Assembly: GCA_002104945.1 (NCBI GenBank)
Contig: MCFH01000003.1
Span: 1,364,001-1,428,000, forward strand
Length of the DNA: 64,000 nucleotides
Direction: 5' to 3'
Origin: Piromyces finnis finn
Lineage: Eukaryota; Fungi; Neocallimastigomycota
The notes below the pieces were generated by a model. The model saw only the letters and a program-made list of their open reading frames with translations. It did not search any database and was not told the DNA's origin. The position numbers were made by a program, and so were the translations under genes. How positions within the stretch are numbered: position 1 is the stretch's first letter; each line of letters starts with the position of its first letter. Below are positions 53,189 through 64,000 of the stretch, in pieces.

Positions 53189-54768
53189 TTAAGCATTTCC
53201 TAAATGTTGGTTTGATAAAAAATCAAATTTAGGATGATTTCGAATTGCTTTATAAATATGATATGGTACTAAATATTTTGTCTGATTTTTCTTCTTTTTA
53301 TTTGATGGTGTGTATTGAAGTTTCGATTCATATTCATATGACTTAACACCTTGTTTTAAAAGTCTTCTCATAAAAACTTGTAATGCCTATGTTTATGATA
53401 TTTAAATTAATAGATTAGTTAAATTAAAATTTAATTAATTATAAAATTATATTATATTATTATTATTATTTTGTTTAATGATATTTACTAAAGCAAATAT
53501 GAATTGAACTTCTTTATTATCCTTAGAATTTGAGGGTAATTGAACATGAATATCTTTTGCAGTATTCTTTATAAAAGAATAAACCTCAAGAATATTATAT
53601 GGAATAAAGTATCTAAAGTTATCCTTTGACTGAATTGCATGATCAGAAACACTACTGGAAGAGGAGGATGTTGAAGAAAAGGAGGAAAGGGAGGAAGAAG
53701 ATGAAAAATAGGTATCTATAGTTGTATTATTTAGATTTAAGATGGAAGATAGTGTAGAATAGTCTTCCATTTCTGAATAATGAAATGTAGAAATAATATT
53801 TTTAAGTTCATTGTATCGGCGACTTCTAGGATTTCTTTGATCATAAAAATCTCTAATGCTTTCTTTATTTAATTTGGATAGTAATAATTGAATTGGAGTA
53901 ATTGTACTATGAATAATAATATTATTATTGATACATTTAGGATATTTATGAATTTCTCCACAATATTTGCAATAAAGATTTTCTTTTTCTTCTTTTTTAA
54001 CATTATCATCTTCTCCTACTACATCAATATTTTCACTTTCCACATACAACTTTTCTGATGGTTGCTTTGAGGCTCTATTGGATCGGTTTGCGAGTTTAGA
54101 TTTTGATGTAAGTAAATCTGAAGGTTTAACATTAATACTACCGACATGCCTTAGAGATGTACTAGTAGTAGAAGACATATGACTGCGGTTCTTTGATAAA
54201 TCAATACCTGACTTGGATAAGTTATTATTACTGTTGTTGCTGTTGTTGTTATTACTATTATTATTATTGCCGACGTTGTTAGTAGTAGTAGTAGTATTTA
54301 TTTTTGGTATTTTTGTATTAGCAAATATTGAAGAATTTGATCTTATGCTTTTTGCATTTGTTAGTGGGGATGGAGTATTAACCTTTGGTTTATAATTATA
54401 AATTGTTGGAGTATAACCTTCTTGTCTACACCATTTTAGAATATTTTTTGTGGTTACATTACTTGGAAGACCCTGTTTTGAATATTTACGTAACTGCTGC
54501 AGTAAAATTTTTGCTCTCTGCCACTATATATTAAATTCAAATTATTTATAAATTTATATACAAATAATCAATATTTATAATGATATAGGATACATCATTT
54601 ATAAATTTATTTATTTACCTCAACAGATCTTCTTTTCCCTATAGACCATTTCCAGAACATGCTTTCATCTTTTGCTATTGAATATGTAATATAATTGTGT
54701 CTCATATAAACATCTTTATAAAAAATAAATATATATAATGTTAATAAAAATTTAATAGCAATAATTAT

Positions 54769-54832
<64 letters not shown>

Positions 54833-57712
54833 GGCTAATATTTAAAAATAATATAAGAAAAACTCACTTTCTATAATTGGATACTTATTAATAATATTCT
54901 TTAATGTCTTTTTCCATTTATCATCGAATAAATATTCCATTGGTTTATCTATTTTCGACTCTGGTATCATGGAATCATCATTTTCTATGTCAATAAATGT
55001 ATCTTTCATTAATGTTGAATTACCACTTCTTTTTCTTGGCCTAGTGCCTAAGACTGGTGAATCTTGTCGAATATTTCTAGAGTTGATTTTTTCCTTAGCA
55101 GACTTAACTTTCTCAATAGGAGCAGACAGTACTTCATTAGGAGAATTATGATGAAGATTCATTTTACTCATATCTCGGGTTAAGGTTACACTATTATGTC
55201 TCTTAAAGTTTGGTAATTTTTCTTTCTTTGGTTCAACAAACTTTGTATTTCTATCGATTTCTATATCATAAGTTTTTTCATTTCCAAGAATTTGATTTCC
55301 TGTTTTATTTGTATCCAACTTATTTATTATAAATAATTAAAAATAAAATAAAATAAAATATTTATAAATATACATATTTTAATATTTAAACTTAAAAATC
55401 ATTATATAGAATTAAACCCATTATATCTAATACTTACTTTTAATATATGAATGATATCTATAGGTTTATTTATAATGTCTTCAAAAAAAAGTTGAACTCT
55501 AATAGGAAATTCACCCCATCCATATCTAGTTAAATGAAATGGCGGATAAGTGACATCAATAATATTTGGTTTATAACTTGGATGAAGAAAGTATCTAACT
55601 TTTTTAATAAATGTAGAAATATTTGGTTCCTAATCAAATTTTATATTTTTTTATATATTAATAAATTTTAAATATGATTAATTTAACTTAGAAAATAATA
55701 TTAATATATTTACTGGTGCAACACCACGGGTATATATCATCCATTTATACATATATTTTTCCATTGATTTATCACGTTTTTCTATAATATAAAAAAAGAA
55801 TTAAATCATAAAAATCAGAGAAAATTATTAATAGACAGAAAATAGCATTTTCAATATAAACATCTATATTAAAAGTATTTATTTATAAAATTTGTTATAA
55901 TAACCTGGTGGTATATATTTTGAAACATTCCCTATAACAATACGTTTTGTCATATAGAATCTCGATCCTTCGTTTAATGGTTGATGAGGGGTTGACAATA
56001 TTTTTGGATTTGGATTAAGCGGTGAAACATCTTCCATTTCATTATTTTTAAGATATTTATTTTTCAATAATTTCAAATATGTATCATTATTATTTTTATT
56101 ATTATTATCATTCTTTTTGTTTGAGGTTGAACTATTATTAGAATCATTATCTGATTCATTAACAATTGATTTAGAAAGTTGGGATGAATTATATCTAAGA
56201 GTTGATTTTTGTATTTTACTTCTTTGAGTAGGCATAGTACTACTAATTGTCGAGGATGCAACAGATGATGAATCACTATCCATATCAACATCTTCATCAA
56301 ATTCTTTAATTTTTGGCTGTTAAATATTAAATTTCGGGAAAATATTAATAAAAACTTTAATTAAAAATGATTTCTTAATTTATTTATAAATATTAATTAA
56401 TACTTACTCTTTCCTTATATTTTGATAATTGTGAATTCATATTTAAAAGTTTTGTTTTCCTAAAATACATTTCATTTAAAAACATTAATAAAATTTGTTG
56501 TATAAATAATAAAAATTAAATTTTAATTAATATTCACCTTGAAGTTTCTATGAATACATCTCTTAAAGATATAACAGAACGAGCATTCTTTTTTCTACAT
56601 GGATGATTACTAGGAACTTCACTCTCATCCTAAAATAATTAAAGACAATATAAAATAATAGTTATTAATTAAATATCATAACAAATTTAATATTTTATTG
56701 TAATAATTTAATGCCTATATATAACTTTTTATATATTTTATAATAATATAATACGCACAACAAGAATTCCACAACGTCTAGTTGCTTCTTCATGACTTGG
56801 AAATTCCATTTTATGTGAAATTCTGCAGTGATTAAGAAATCCTTGTAAATTTGAAAAATTTGACCTGAAGCATTTTGGACATTGAATTCTTTTTTTTTTT
56901 TTTTTTAAAAAAAAAAATAATTTATTTGATAATATTAAAAATGTTAAATTTCAGTATATAGTATATTCGTTTATTCAAAAATTTCCTTTTTAAATAAAAG
57001 AAATTCTTTAGAATATTCATATGATATTTTGCTAACCTTACAAATTTTCCATCATCTCTTCTTCCATATAAAATATCAATTTCTGTCATTAAAGAAGAAT
57101 CATTTGTTATAGGAGATCTAACAGTTTTAACTGGAGATTTCTTTGAAGTACCCTTTGAAGAAGTTTTTTCGTTTTCTATATCATCTTCATTTTTAACTTT
57201 AAAAGAGAAATAATTTAATATTTTTATATTAATACTATAAAAAAAATTTTCTTTCGAATTTTTTTTAAAAATAAATTGTATATAACAATTTAAAAATGTA
57301 TTATATATACTTATAAAATTATTACCTCTCTTTTGGGTGAATTTTCCATTAAGGATTGCTTCTTTTAAATTTTGTAGTAAAACTTCACCTTTTTCAAGTT
57401 CATTTTCAATTGCCCAAATTTCATGTCTTTTCATATAAATCTCGACATCAAATTGGGTCTTTAATATATCTGAAACTTTATTAATAGTTTCTTCATCTAT
57501 TGTAAATATTTCAATAAATTAAGTATATTAAAAATATTATATTAATACATATAATTCAAGGGATAAATGATATTTTATTTAAATTTAAAATATTTAAAAA
57601 ATATATATATTAATATATATATACTTTTTTAAATATTACCTTTTTTAATTCTTGTTGGAGTATCCATTTTGTCTTTATCATTTTCTTTCATATTATTATG
57701 AAATGAACTCAT
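53189..57712 (-). CDS. YEATS2-like protein: N-terminal coiled coil, Ahc1-type C2H2 zinc finger, YEATS acyl-lysine reader, C-terminal histone-fold-like region
   Basis: Spliced frame gives [24 protein letters not shown]; [35 protein letters not shown]; [14 protein letters not shown]...KWMIYTRG...[13 protein letters not shown]...[18 protein letters not shown]...[10 protein letters not shown]; and [10 protein letters not shown]...[21 protein letters not shown]. The start codon is approximate. Confidence 0.88.
54771..54832. repeat. (AAT)n microsatellite in an intron
   Basis: About 20 uninterrupted AAT units. Confidence 0.95.
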
Positions 57713-58531
57713 TTTTTTGTTTCATCTTTCTTAAATTATATTTTTATTTCCTGTATTTTTTTATTAAATTAAAGTATTACTTCAAAATATTACAAAATTT
57801 GAATGGAATAATTTTTAATTTCCACTTCAAAATTATTACTAACTTATTGATTCCACTGAAATGTCTTTTGAATTTATAAAATTTGTATGTTTTTACTTTT
57901 TTTTTCTAGTTATATTTCTTTGAAATATTCAAGATTTGCTTTATTATTATTATTTAAATTCTAATACTTGTCTATTTATATATATATATCATTCATTAAA
58001 TTAATTACAGAACAAAGATATTTTTTTTTTGATTTTGTTTAAATTATTTAAATTAAATATTAATATATTTTATATTTATACATTATATTATTTATTATTT
58101 ATAAATCTTATAATAATTTCTTTATTTCTTAACACTGTTATAAAAGTATAAAGTTCTTTTTATTATTATTATTATTATTATTTATTATTATTATTATTAT
58201 TAAAATAATAAATTAATTCGTAAACGAAGTCCTTTAAAAAAAAAAAGTAACTAAAAAAAAAAAAAAAAAAAAATATTATAATATTTAATTTATTAATAAA
58301 ATAATATAAAATTTTGTATCAAAATATATATTACATTTTATATTAATAAAACATTAAAAAATTTTTTATCAAAAATTTAGAATAATTAATAGATTTGTAA
58401 GTTTTAAAAAAAGTTATTATTGTTGTTGTCATTTTAAAATATCATAGTATTTTAATATATAAATTTAAAATACAATTATTCTTATAATTAAATAACAACA
58501 AAAAAAAATAAAAAAAAAAATAAATTATGTA

Positions 58532-64000
<5,469 letters not shown>

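Overview
Extremely AT-rich, intron-containing eukaryotic DNA. The Fibrobacter/Neocallimastix-type GH11 xylanase, talin and an FBF1-like gene point to an anaerobic gut fungus (Neocallimastigomycota); this is an inference from gene content and composition. I rebuilt spliced gene models by hand from GT-AG sites and frame continuity. In order: a 5'-truncated, shortened and very divergent talin paralog; a full-length talin (8 exons, 2523 aa); DNA polymerase alpha subunit B (POL12); an unrecognised 376-aa protein made of six A-W-x-x-F repeats on phase-0 exons; a GC-elevated decayed relic; two head-to-head OSCA/TMEM63 (CSC1/RSN1) channel genes, one needing a 4-nt microexon and one intronless, with a 99-nt foldback between them; a secreted GH11 xylanase ending in a Trp-studded N/Q tail instead of a dockerin or CBM; CAND1; a Gvp36/endophilin-like BAR protein; a YEATS2-like gene that also carries an Ahc1-type zinc finger; and the 3' part of an FBF1-like coiled-coil gene. 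I found no tRNA, rRNA, CRISPR array or intact transposon. All family calls come from motif recognition by eye, not from database searches.
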